A DNA stretch of 64,000 nt from Magallana gigas (taxonomy: Eukaryota). The stretch lies in the NCBI RefSeq assembly GCF_963853765.1, contig NC_088858.1, positions 38,502,001 through 38,566,000 of the forward strand, read 5' to 3'. The position numbers were made by a program, and so were the translations under genes. Under the pieces are notes generated by a model that saw nothing but the letters and a program-made list of their open reading frames with translations, was not told the origin of the DNA and ran no database searches. Shown here one piece after another: positions 52,101-64,000 of the stretch; position 1 is the stretch's first letter; the number at the start of each line of letters is the position of its first letter.

Positions 52101-54439
52101 AACCAAAAAATATTTAAACCTCAAATTAAGTTTTGTCTTGGTATTCTATGTTCCAAATAATGACGGGATATATTGTTTTGTCGAACAGATATTAGTATCT
52201 AAAGACATATAGTCCTCTTTAGAATTGACTAAAAACATCAACGTCGCCGGACGTCACGGCGCAACGACAGGTACAAACAAAATGAATTTAACCGAGATAA
52301 AAGCCGACACAAGCTGTGAAAATGCTCAATGGTGCAAAAAATAAATCAACAATTATTTGCAAGTTTGTGTTTCACTGTAATAAATTTTGTGGGTGTGGTA
52401 ATTGTATTTTGAATATAAAACAATCTGAAAGAGAGTAGAAAATCTGTAAATATTTGGTCAAAAAATAATTAACCTCAACCAACGTTCAGGGTAATCCTTA
52501 CTGTAAACTAATAGATACACGGTTAGAAAATGAAAACTTTGAAGAACTAACTAATGATTCTCGAACAAATGTGTGCAAATAAGATGTTGAGTGGTTCAGT
52601 GCAATTTTAGATTGTAAGGAGAAAGGCAAAAGAGACTAAGCGTGATATAAAGATGGATATATCTTTAAACTGTGCATGTTTAATCTTAACGTCATGTTTT
52701 GAACGTTACCGTGCGCCGTGGTGACAAAACATGTTGTTTTTAAAAAAGGGTAACAAACATACCGTCTCATCAAATGGACTAAAACTTCGCATGTTAATAA
52801 CATAGGTGTTGGTGCACAGATTAATCTGTTAAGTATGACTTTCTTGAAAAATATATGATAGACAGCCACATTGTCTTCGTATTTTTTGATTGACCCTTGT
52901 ATATATGTTGTTCAAGCCAACCATAAACCTCGGACCAATACTGGGTCCCCAGAAAGGGGTTCCACGTTTAAAATAGAAAAAGCATATGCTACAGAATGTA
53001 ATGTTACAAGGAACTGCTGTTCAGGTGAGCGGTGTGGCCCATGGGCCTCTTGTTAAATGAATTTCAGTGCTGTATCAATTTAATATAAAGAAGTACCTAT
53101 GTAATCTTTATTTTAACAGGACAGTATTGGTTCTTTAATCAACTTACGAGTGTTGAAGTTGTCTAATAATTTCATAAAATATTTGCCAGGTGAGTTGTTA
53201 CTGCTCAACTTCTTTGTTTTAAATGCTTGAAATTAATTTCAATGGTACATGTAATACATGTACTGTGGAATCATTAGAATTAGTGGTGGCTCAATTTGTG
53301 TGGTATTTATGGGTAGTCCTCACCTATGAATTTACATCATCGACAAAAACTAATTTCTAGAAGATTTAGTTTTCCTACTGAAACTGAAAGCTGAGACATC
53401 CACGAAATTACATTCCCATGAATAAGCAAAAAACCCACAATCCACCAGAATTGGACCCATGAAATTAAATGATTCCACATATATTTGTTGTGTTTACTTC
53501 ATGAATCTCTGTTTAATTCCATCATTTAAAACACATAGCATATTCATTTCTCTTTCCCTTAGATGGAAAGATCGAGGAATGAATAATTCTACTGTAGGTG
53601 TTTTATGATGTTTAAAAACCATTTTAACAAGAGCTTTGACTGGGTAGTTGTGTCAAACAGCATTGTGACATAGGCCTGTCTGTTTCATTGCTGGCCATTC
53701 AGCCATGGCTCTTTGAAATCAACAATATTTGTCTGGCTTTTGAGCTAAGACTACCAATCGGTGTTTATTTCGCTTGAAATCAGCATCATTTTAACTTGTT
53801 TTGAAGCAAGAAATAGATAGTTAGTCCTAATAAAAGTCCAAGGCCTTGTTAAAATGGTTCTGATCCAAACAAATGAGATAATAGCTGGTGTAAGGTACAT
53901 TTCTCATCCACTAAAAATGGAGTTTCTGGTTGCAGAATCATTAACAAGTTTGTCTAACCTTGTTCAACTTGATGTTCGAAAAAACAAACTACAGTCACTG
54001 CCTGCTGGAATCGGGAGTCTGTTAAACTTAACATGTCTGAAATCAGGGTAGGTGTTCAGATGTAAGAACTGTCAACACGATTTATAAATGATTATGAATA
54101 ATGATTCTTTAGAATTTGTCAGGAAATTTATGGGAGAGTAGTGTGTTTGTTGTCTATAATTTTAATTAGTTAAACCCATTTAGATTCAACTCTGCAAATG
54201 CTGTTTTACAAGTAGGATAAAGAACTGTTAAATTGTAGTGGTTGAATTGACTTATACATGTAGAATTTAAGATCACTTTTTATGTATTTTTGTTTTATTC
54301 TTATGAAACCCAAATGTTTATTTTTTATTGCAGGTCAAATTCAATACAGCACATGCCAGCCAGTTTATACAAATTGAAGAATTTAAAAGTAGGTTAACTT
54401 CACAGAGTCAGATAATTCAACTTGAATTACCAATTCAGG

Positions 54440-54496
<57 letters not shown>

Positions 54497-55590
54497 TAAT
54501 GAAAATTACTTTTAACATATAAAGCTGAGAAAATTGTCATCAAATTAAAAGGTTATACCCTTACATCTACCTGGTATTACGTAATTTATTTTCAACAAAG
54601 GTTAAAATGCTGTTCACATCACATTGTAACTTTCATTTTATTATATATTACATCTGTTCAGAATACTGTGCCAATGAGATAAATCACTTCAGCTTGCAGT
54701 ATTTAGAACATTCTTTACAGGATTTTTTTTCATGTAAATGGTCCATTTTTTAAAACACTTTTACAAGTGTTGCTCCTCTCTTAGATTACAATGAATAAAG
54801 AGCATAGAAATCATTCATAGGTCTTGAAATTTGAGAAGAATAAGATTGACAGTTTGTCAGGAGCTGTCAGTAACTTGCTGGATTTGGAGGATCTGAATTT
54901 GTCACACTGTCAGCTGTCGGCCATTCCAAGAGAGCTGGGTTCCTGTTGTGCTCTCCGAAAAGTTGACATCTCCCATAATAGGTGAAATAGTTTTACAAAT
55001 GGTCTACAAACATTTTTTCATCATAATCACAAAAATAATAAATTTTATGATTATTCTTTAGTCTTATTAAACTGAGAGGAATCATTAGTGAGGAACTAAG
55101 GACTATAGTGTTTGGGGGCTTTATGACATTAGTCATATATTTGAAGTATTTCTTAAATAACACCTGTCAGTGAAAATTATTTGGCTTTGGTTTGGGTATA
55201 AATGCTTACATCTTGAAAATCAAATTTTATTTTGTTTGATTATTCAAATAAGGTTTGCAGAATATGGCAGCCAACAGGAAAAACTCTTTCAAAGATTTTG
55301 AAACTTATTAAACATGCAGAGGTCTTGGTACATATACATGATTTTAAATAGTCAAAAATTTTATAACGTATAAATGTTCTTAAAAAATAATTGACAAGTC
55401 AATTTACAGGTACTTTTATTATATAGGATAATGGTTTTTATTTTCAACAGAATCACTGATTTACCAGCACACTTTGGTCAGCTTAGAGAACTGACCAGGC
55501 TGAATCTGTCGGGGAACAATCTATGGTACATCCCATCCACCCTCCTCCTGAGTACCATCCAAGACTGTAATGGTAGGTGGTGATTGATTG

Positions 55591-55633
<43 letters not shown>

Positions 55634-55744
55634 TGTATTTGGATACATGGCACAGAGAATCATATTTTATACATGTGTTACTCTCTCGGATAGAAAAAAG
55701 GTGAAAGAAAGACAGATAGACAGAGAGATGCATAAAAACAGAAA

Positions 55745-55820
<76 letters not shown>

Positions 55821-56361
55821 ATAGGCATTTCAAGTTGTTTAACTTGTTCTTTGTTAAAGGAGAGACAGAGAATTATGAAAATACATGTAAGTCTGGCATC
55901 ATCATGAAGAAACAGAATTACACGTTGAATGCATAATTCTTAATGCATTTTGATTTTACAGTTTCAGATAATGACTTTATATCAAGTCAACATTCCATAA
56001 AATGTGTTCCCATGGTCTGTAAAATTCCTCCCTTGCTGGAGTTGAGTGCAAGGGCCATTGTTCACAACAATCCACATGACAAGTTAGAGGACTTGCCACA
56101 ATCATTACAAGGTGATAATCTTATCAAATCTTATCACTTTTTAATTTGCGGAGTTTTCTTCAGTAATGAATAGACTTTGCGATGTGGTGTCTAATTTGTT
56201 TTCTATTTGCAGAAATGATCACAAAGAGAAAGTATTGTGTGACTTGCTACAAGCCATGTTTTGTGACTTTCCAAATGTCGTTGACATTCCACCAGTTGTC
56301 CAGTGTCAACATTCCTGTTGTGTCCATTACATGCCCAGCCTGTTCGTCATGTTCATGTTAA
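42685..56361 (+). CDS. LRR protein of 483 aa in 11 coding exons: TM anchor, Cys/His finger, about 10 LRRs, LRRC58-like BC-box/Cys C-terminus
   Basis: Exons 42685-42939, 43085-43143, 44053-44205, 47063-47228, 53120-53189, 53936-54047, 54334-54388, 54821-54981, 55451-55572, 55962-56111, 56213-56361 total 1452 nt. All junctions are GT-AG, phases agree, and 23-residue LRRs run in register across them (e.g. TEINLS|NNDITECP, LTCLKSG|SNSIQHMP, KLKNLK|VLKFEKNKI). A probable 5' UTR exon lies at 42396-42473. Confidence 0.85.
43153..43186. repeat. (CAT)n microsatellite
   Basis: Trinucleotide run just after the donor of LRR exon 2 (intronic). Confidence 0.95.
44220..44990. repeat. Degenerate tandem repeat with a period of about 90-120 bp
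   Basis: The motif caaga(t/c)tgaatgtca.tgtggctta recurs near 44360, 44468, 44573, 44689, 44777 and 44900, usually followed by atagatcaat.tacagcctcttg...gaatgtctgcttcat. Confidence 0.75.
45103..45854 (+). mobile_element. Helentron-associated non-autonomous element (HINE-like)
   Basis: 5' tttattagtcccctac followed by a (gtcc/gtct)n microsatellite. At the 3' end, the inverted subterminal gtaggggacta, a short hairpin and ttgtt. Confidence 0.6.
46826..47039. mobile_element. About 210-bp TA-flanked MITE (Tc1/mariner/pogo-like), copy A
   Basis: TIRs tactgtg(a/g)aatcattt...aaatgattccactgta. An inverted copy lies at 53261-53482. Confidence 0.7.
47229..47770. repeat. 27-bp-based tandem repeat starting at the donor of LRR exon 4
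   Basis: Units of acagttacaaataacatcagctaaata, interspersed with longer units resembling aacattagctcaatacctgtaagtagctg. Confidence 0.8.
48603..48705. repeat. About 100-bp imperfect palindrome inside an insert (about 48432-49450) that interrupts the satellite array
   Basis: tatcgcttacattta.tttgga.accgtgcc.gataa.aat and its reverse complement. Confidence 0.75.
49530..50584. mobile_element. piggyBac-like non-autonomous element nested in a satellite monomer
   Basis: ttaa|ctcttttcccctta ... taaggggtaaagag|ttaa. Removing it restores ggggttcaaagtttaacatagaactacat, the host monomer sequence seen at about 48225-48255. Confidence 0.8.
51841..52899. mobile_element. Mariner-like non-autonomous element nested in the HINE
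   Basis: ta|cgagggtcaatcaaaaaatac ... gtattttttgattgacccttg|ta: 21-bp TIRs with 1 mismatch and a TA TSD. No transposase ORF. Confidence 0.82.
53261..53482. mobile_element. TA-flanked MITE, copy B (inverted relative to 46826-47039)
   Basis: tactgtggaatcatt...aaatgattccacata, with an interior complementary to copy A. Confidence 0.7.
54445..54491. repeat. (TA)n microsatellite
   Basis: Pure run. Confidence 0.95.
55593..55814. repeat. Two (GA)n microsatellites (55593-55630, 55746-55814) in LRR intron 9
   Basis: Pure runs separated by a purine-rich spacer. Confidence 0.95.
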
Positions 56362-57789
56362 ACTAATCATTTCATCGTCTCTACAAATCTAGTCATATAG
56401 CAACATTTGTGATTTGTTTTCAAGAGGTTTTTCTTTCCTTTTGATGCACCTTTCTGTTAATTCTTACAAGTATTATAACATTGATGATTGCTTTGCATGA
56501 CACTAGTATTTTTATGTAGAAATACATATGTCTGCTCAAGTTATTAATTGTACTTGAGCAATAAGGTTTTTATCAATTTTGGTAGACAAGATATTGATAA
56601 GACATATTTCTTTTTTTTATCTTTACCATAATCTAGTCATATTTAGCTTTACTGAAGGCAACAATTGTATTTTCTTTTAAAATATACATGTACTAGTTAA
56701 TAGACTAACCTCTTGAGACTGTTTTAGGCATTGCCATTACACTTAACTATTCACTACCCTTATATATTATGTAGTCTTTTATATAATTTTATTTATTCAT
56801 CCAATTGGATACTAGAAGCATTGCAGACACAAGCATGAGAAAGTATTCACCATATTCACAGTAAAGTATTCAATATGTCCAAAATTTTACCAATTATATT
56901 TAAGAATTCATCCTCTGGTATGTTGAACATAGTAAATGATGAGAGGAGTCCATTTTATAGCTAATGCACACAATTATCACTTTCACTGAGAGTTTGCAAC
57001 TCGCTTGGCTAAAGCTGTGCTCAATTTATTTTATTCTAATATACATGTATACAATTTTATTTCTATCAATTTTTTATATATTGTATTGCATCGCTGTGTT
57101 GTGAAATGTAATAAAAAATGTTGAAGTATACAATGTAGTTATAGATTTTGCTTTTTCCCCATCAAGCTTGGTTTTGACCAATAAAACATATTGGTATGGT
57201 TAAAGTCTTCTGTAATATGGTACGAAACTATCAGAGTGATATTGTTGACTCACGTACTACATACTGGTATTTACACAAAGCTGATAAAAACTTGATAAAT
57301 ATATGATTAATGTTGTTTAAACAGCTTTAACCTGTGGGAAAACTTTCACTAAATTCATGGATTGTTTCTCTCCCTTTGGTGTTCTTTACAAATGGTTTAA
57401 TTTTGATTCAAGACCTAAGGCTAAGAGAAAATAAATAACACATTTGAAAACTTCAAACTTGCTTGTAAATGAAAACTTCCTATAGAGAGATATGCTTGTT
57501 ATTTCTGCTTTGCTGGAACAATAAAGCACGGTCAATGTGGTTAACTATTCTCTTTGGCACAAGAAAAGAATCTAATGATTTTTAATAGCAGTAACTCCAT
57601 GTGAAGAAAAAAGCTATGGTTTCTGTGTAGTTTTAACATTTTTCTTCACTTTAAATACCGGTATATGTACTTAAACTAATTTAGTTCCTATTTATGGAAT
57701 AAGTGGTTTTGATGTTCCAAACAGCTAGAACTAAAACAACAAACTGCTTCTAGTCGTAGATCTTTATTTGGATTTTAATGAAGACATCG

Positions 57790-59654
<1,865 letters not shown>

Positions 59655-60183
59655 GCTGGAAATTCAACACCGGAAGTAGTATATGGAGAATCAGGGGTGC
59701 GTCGATTTACCCAAATGGACCCAAATGAACCCAAATGGACCCAAATGAACCCAAATGGACCCAAATGGCGACCCAAATGGACCCAAATGGCGACCCAAAT
59801 GGCGATTAAAGTGGAAAAAAATTATAATAAATCCTTATTACGAATATTATTACTTGTTTTAGTCATGTCATGGGGTTGTTAGCCGTTATTAAGAAAAATA
59901 AAGACCCAAATGGCGATTTAAGCGGAAAACAATTATAATAAAATCCTCAATACTAATTCTATTACTTGTTTAGTCATTTCATGGGGTTGTTAGCCGTTAT
60001 TCAGACAAGTTAAAAATGAATTATGATTAACTTGTCTATTTAATAACGTTTTCCAGCTCTTGCCACGAGGAGGCCACCCCAATAAAGAGCCATAATTTAG
60101 GGAAATTTGGAAAAATAAAAGCCGAAGGTCCAAAACAATAAAATTATTTCAGTATATATCTTTGTAATTGAAATGAGAAAACT

Positions 60184-60340
60184 AGTAAGATCCTCTGTAG
60201 AGTTATTGTAAACAAAATGAAAGATGCAGTGCATAAAGTTTTACGGGACGAACAGACAGGTTTTAGATCTAACAGTAGCTGTACTTACTAAATAGCAACT
60301 CTAAGAATAATTGTGAAACAATATGTCGAATGGGTGAATA
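60184..60340 (+). pseudogene. Decayed non-LTR retrotransposon reverse transcriptase fragment (RTE-like) inside the foldback element
   Basis: Translates as SKILCRVIVNKMKDAVHKVLRDEQTGFRSNSSCTY*IATLRIIVKQYVEW, matching the KIL..IL.R....L..EQ.GFR..RSC.D.I.TLRII.E...EW stretch of LINE RTs, with an in-frame stop. Confidence 0.75.
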
Positions 60341-60494
60341 AGTCGTGTAAAATGCCCATATGAGGAATAAATTAAAATATGTGATAAATTAAAAAAAATA
60401 ATTAAAAACAATGCAACTATATTTAACGTAACATCGATGTTTTTTCAATAAGTATGCCAAGGGTACTAATTTTAATGGTTATGATACATACAGA

Positions 60495-60624
60495 NNNNNN
60501 NNNNNNNNNNNNNNNNNNNNNNNNNNNNNNNNNNNNNNNNNNNNNNNNNNNNNNNNNNNNNNNNNNNNNNNNNNNNNNNNNNNNNNNNNNNNNNNNNNNN
60601 NNNNNNNNNNNNNNNNNNNNNNNN
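60495..60624. other. Assembly gap (130 N)
   Basis: Run of n characters. Confidence 1.
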
Positions 60625-62187
60625 ACTTTTAAAATTTAATGGTTTGACTATATGCAATATCTACGTAAATTTTTTAACTGTTTATTTTTTCATTTTATTC
60701 CTTTCTATATATATTTAGTTCAAAATGTCCTATTGTTTATTTCCTCCTAGATAGAATGTTCTATCGTTAAAATGACAGATGTCCTACGGACCCGGTTTAA
60801 CGATAGAATTCGTCCCATATACTCGCTTGGTAGCAAATAAAAATATTATATCGTGCTGTATCTCGCCTTAATTTTCATATGACTGGTCTTAAATACCTAC
60901 AATGTTGCTCTTTTATAATCCCATATTACCACATTAAATATGTTTTTGCAACGAAATCACTGCCACTTTTAACATCAAGTTTGAACACTGTTAATACTTT
61001 TTGTTTTATTCATCTCTTATCCTGCTATTTAAGAGAGCTATAATATTCATAATTATTTATAAAAATGTTATTAAATTGTTCCCAACAGTTACGTTCATTT
61101 AATTCATCATGATTTATCTTTAATTCGTCTGAATAACGGCTAACAACCTCATGAAACAAGTAATAAGATTAGTAAAAATGATTTTATCGTAATTTATATT
61201 TTTCTTGAATCGCCTTTTGAATCGCCATTTGGGTCTTTATTTTTCTTAATAACGGCTAACAGTCCCATGAAATGACTAAAACAAGTAATAATATTAGTAA
61301 TAAGGATTTTAATATAATTTTTTTTCCACTTTAATCGCCATTTGGGTCGCCATTTGGGTCCATTTGGGTCGCCATTTGGGTCCATTTGGGTTCATTTGGG
61401 TTCATTTGGGTCCATTTGGGTAAATCGACGCACCGGAGAATCAGCACAAGCCAATTTGTACTTCAAAATTTTCGGGTTAGCGACATCTTTATCTACAACT
61501 TTTCACAATGCATATCATCGCTTGTATAATGCGCTAAAGGTTGTTGATCGATGGGAACGTTATCCAGCATATGATCTTTCATGTCAGATAATATGATAAA
61601 CATTCCATTTATAAGTCGATGGTATTTGACCCCCCCCCCCCTCCTTACAGACACAAAAATTATGAAGGTGTTTTATTATGTCCATTCGATATCAATTTAT
61701 CCGGAAAGAATCAAGTATAAGGTCATGCGAATGAAGTTATAACCGACTTTGTGTTAATAAGACCGGAACGGCAAAAAATATGAGACAAGAAATTTAGTCG
61801 AACACTCGAATATAATTTTTAAAAATATATTTTGCACACACCCCCCCCCCAAAAAAAATGTCAAGCGCTGTATGTACAATGCATTTCATGCATATTTCAG
61901 CACACGATTTTATGCAATCGTTTAACATTTGCTCCTAGATCCTATACAAGGAAGTAAAAAATGTAAAATTATGAATATTTAGTGTACACACAACTTTACT
62001 AAAGCTCTTGAAGTTCTGATATATGAAAGCTGAATCCGACGATATAATCGATTTGGTGGATATATTCCTTCCTTGTTTTGTTAAGTATCATGTAAATGAA
62101 ATTGACATCCTCCAACAGCTGTAAAGTGTAAAACGATGAATTTCATGAATTCCCAAGCGACACCTCTGTGATCTGGGTATAAGAATA

Positions 62188-63442
62188 ATGACCGGGACAC
62201 GGATTCTATGTGCCCTTCTGTTGTTAGTCCTGCCCGGGGGTCATGGACTTTGTCCGAGTAAGAATGGGACGGATGTGGATTGGTGGATTATCTACCAACA
62301 GCGGTCCATGCCGTTCTTTCATTTCTATGTGGATAGTACCAGTAATTCGGATGTGTCGGTAGGCAAGTTTAGTTAAACTAAGTTTGTTAAGGTGTTATGG
62401 GATATCTGTCGGTATTAATGTGGATTAAAGTACATTATGATTAGAGTACTTTCACCGGTTAAGAATTTTCAAATACAATATTCACCCCCCAAAAAACATG
62501 ATTAAAAATTTTTGGGAAAGGTAACAATAATTTGTTTGTAATAAAAGCTCCACTGGGATTCAAACTCACAGATTCGTAATCAGTCATCTAACTCACTTCT
62601 CTACGCTGTTAGGTGACAATTTTGGGAAAGAAACTATTCATAAAATTACACTTGATTTTATTTGGTTATACCGATAAATAGTACGTCACAACATGGGGGT
62701 GTCCAATACCACCTTAACTAGGTGCGTGTATTCCGCCTTGATTTGTAAGTAATTGGCAATCGTTATTTTTTTATGAACAAATTCATCAAGTTTAAATTTT
62801 GTAAGTGTATCATATCCGTGAAAAATAAGATTTCATTTTTTTCTTTGATATCACGTAATTGTATTACTTAGTATATTGTATTGTTTTCCCCTCTCACCCA
62901 CAGTACCACCGCCCCGAGGCCCCGGACAGCACCCTGTCCAGGGCAGTCACCCTGGTCACCAATGGCGCCCTCCCCCAGTACTTCCTGTACTCTTACGACC
63001 TGATCAACATAATGGACGTGTCCAACAGCATGCCATTCCCAACACACAGCAAATGGATGCAGGTAAACAAACACAAAAATATAGGGGTTTCTTCTGTTTA
63101 AACTGCTTTCTTAAAAATTACAGAATCATGAAAGCGTTTTCTTTTACTTTAACGATAATAATGAAACTTACATTTGAGAATAACACGTCAAAATGCATTT
63201 CACCAAATAAACTTTTGAATAGTTAAAGCTATTACATGTAATAAATAAAAATCCGCCGGTTTTTATGTAGGGGTTATTAGCAAGTGATGGTGGCACCGAG
63301 AAAGGGTTTTGGATTCTGCACAATAATTTTCTTTTTCCCGCCATGGAAGATGGCGAGTTGCTGTTGCCAGAGTCCCATTTTTGGAGAGCGGTGACCATTG
63401 GAAGCAGTAGCGAGGATCTGTTTTACATATGTCTGTCGTTAG
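62188..63442 (+). CDS. Divergent DNase II family (plancitoxin-like) secreted protein, first 3 exons (continues beyond the window)
   Basis: Exons 62188-62358, 62904-63062, 63271-63442. A signal peptide is followed by C....G..VDWWIIY, FYVDS, STLSRAV, YFLY, THSK, GLLA.D....GFWILH...FP and ICLSL, in the motif order of the first PLD-like half of DNase II. Confidence 0.72.
62391..62713. mobile_element. Kolobok-like MITE in intron 1 of the DNase II-like gene
   Basis: ttaa|ggtgttatgggatat ... gtgtccaataccacc|ttaa with an exact TTAA TSD. Confidence 0.8.
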
Positions 63443-63589
63443 GTAGGATTATTAGCTAAGGTCATGACTTATTAATATGAAAATGTATTTGTTATATTTT
63501 TCCGTATATATATTACTTATATCTATACTTTATTCAATTCGCAAGGCAAAACAAATTTCCACACCCCCCCCCCCCCAAAAAATAAAAAT

Positions 63590-63590
<1 letters not shown>

Positions 63591-63633
<43 letters not shown>

Positions 63634-64000
63634 TCGATTTTTAGAATGAAATAAGACATCATCGACTTTGATTTTCGACAACAAAACATGTTATGGAAAA
63701 AGGAGTGAAGTACTAATGCTTTATTGTATCGCTTTTTATAAGTTCTCTTGCTTTTTTAAATACTTGCATTTCTTTCAATTAAGATAGAAAAGACCAAACT
63801 TGTTTACTTCTGGTTCCTAAAAACCCTAATTGGGTAACGCAAGAGAAAATCATTATATTGTTAGGATATATAAACGTATTATACCAAATCTAGCTTTAAT
63901 AACCTTTTCACAAAACATCTCTCAGTAAAGGGCTACAAATTAAAGACTTTAGAGCCCTTTGGTCCCCTAATTTGAGGGGCCAGCCCCTTTTTCTTGATAT
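63591..64000 (-). mobile_element. 3' end of a Helitron/Helentron-like element
   Basis: Read on the minus strand: hairpin ctcgttgc-tc-gcaacgag followed 7 nt later by ctag-tt. The other end is outside the window. Confidence 0.5.

Larger units (their letters stand above)
47842..53054 (+). mobile_element. HINE/Helentron non-autonomous element carrying a 168-bp Cg170-like satellite array, with nested insertions
   Basis: 5' tttttagctcacctga followed by (gtct/gtcc)n. Central repeats aatcttcttctcaagaacc...ggggcccc...ggggttcaaagtttaacatag at 48103 and 48271, continuing to about 51680. 3' end tcaggtgagc, hairpin ggcccatgggcc, tcttgtt. Confidence 0.85.
59695..61434. mobile_element. Foldback/Mutator-like element with long TIRs of about 330 bp and a 9-10-bp TSD
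   Basis: The TSD (g)gagaatcag appears at 59685-59694 and 61435-61444. Ends are ggtgcgtcgatttacccaaatgg and its reverse complement. The TIRs contain 10-12-bp tandem acccaaatg(g/a)(cg) units and a duplicated block of about 120 bp. Confidence 0.88.

Noticed and set aside
55584-55907. ORF-track proteins with RERE, LSLS, YIYI or poly-His runs (also 12494-12703, 12901-13143, 42954-43214, 54328-54522)
   Set aside because: They are translations of microsatellites in introns or intergenic DNA. Only the short real exons inside some of them are retained.

Overview
AT-rich eukaryotic genomic DNA, most likely a bivalve. An oyster of the Crassostrea/Magallana type is inferred from a Cg170-like satellite carried inside a Helentron-type element. 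By hand-splicing GT-AG junctions I could rebuild seven intron-containing genes with continuous reading frames: TECPR2 (-, runs off the left edge), DHRS7 (+), an HTD2/MaoC-type dehydratase (+, interrupted by a 10-bp duplication frameshift), an isthmin-like TSP1+AMOP gene (-), an 11-exon 483-aa LRR gene (+), TRMT61A (-) and a divergent DNase II-like gene (+, runs off the right edge). Two convergent single-exon orphan ORFs (208 and 459 aa) carry candidate PP1-docking motifs. The standout is the LRR gene. It joins an N-terminal membrane anchor, a Cys/His finger spaced like the SHI/DUS1L finger, about 10 LRRs and an LRRC58-like BC-box/cullin-box/Cys tail, so it may be a membrane-tethered cullin-RING substrate receptor. 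The non-coding DNA is full of non-autonomous transposons: Kolobok-like TTAA elements carrying tRNA-like cassettes, HINE/Helentron elements with nested piggyBac-like and mariner-like insertions, a 1.74-kb foldback element 40 bp upstream of the TRMT61A start, SINEs, and four long hairpins. There are also minisatellites and one assembly gap. All family assignments come from motif recognition, not database searches.
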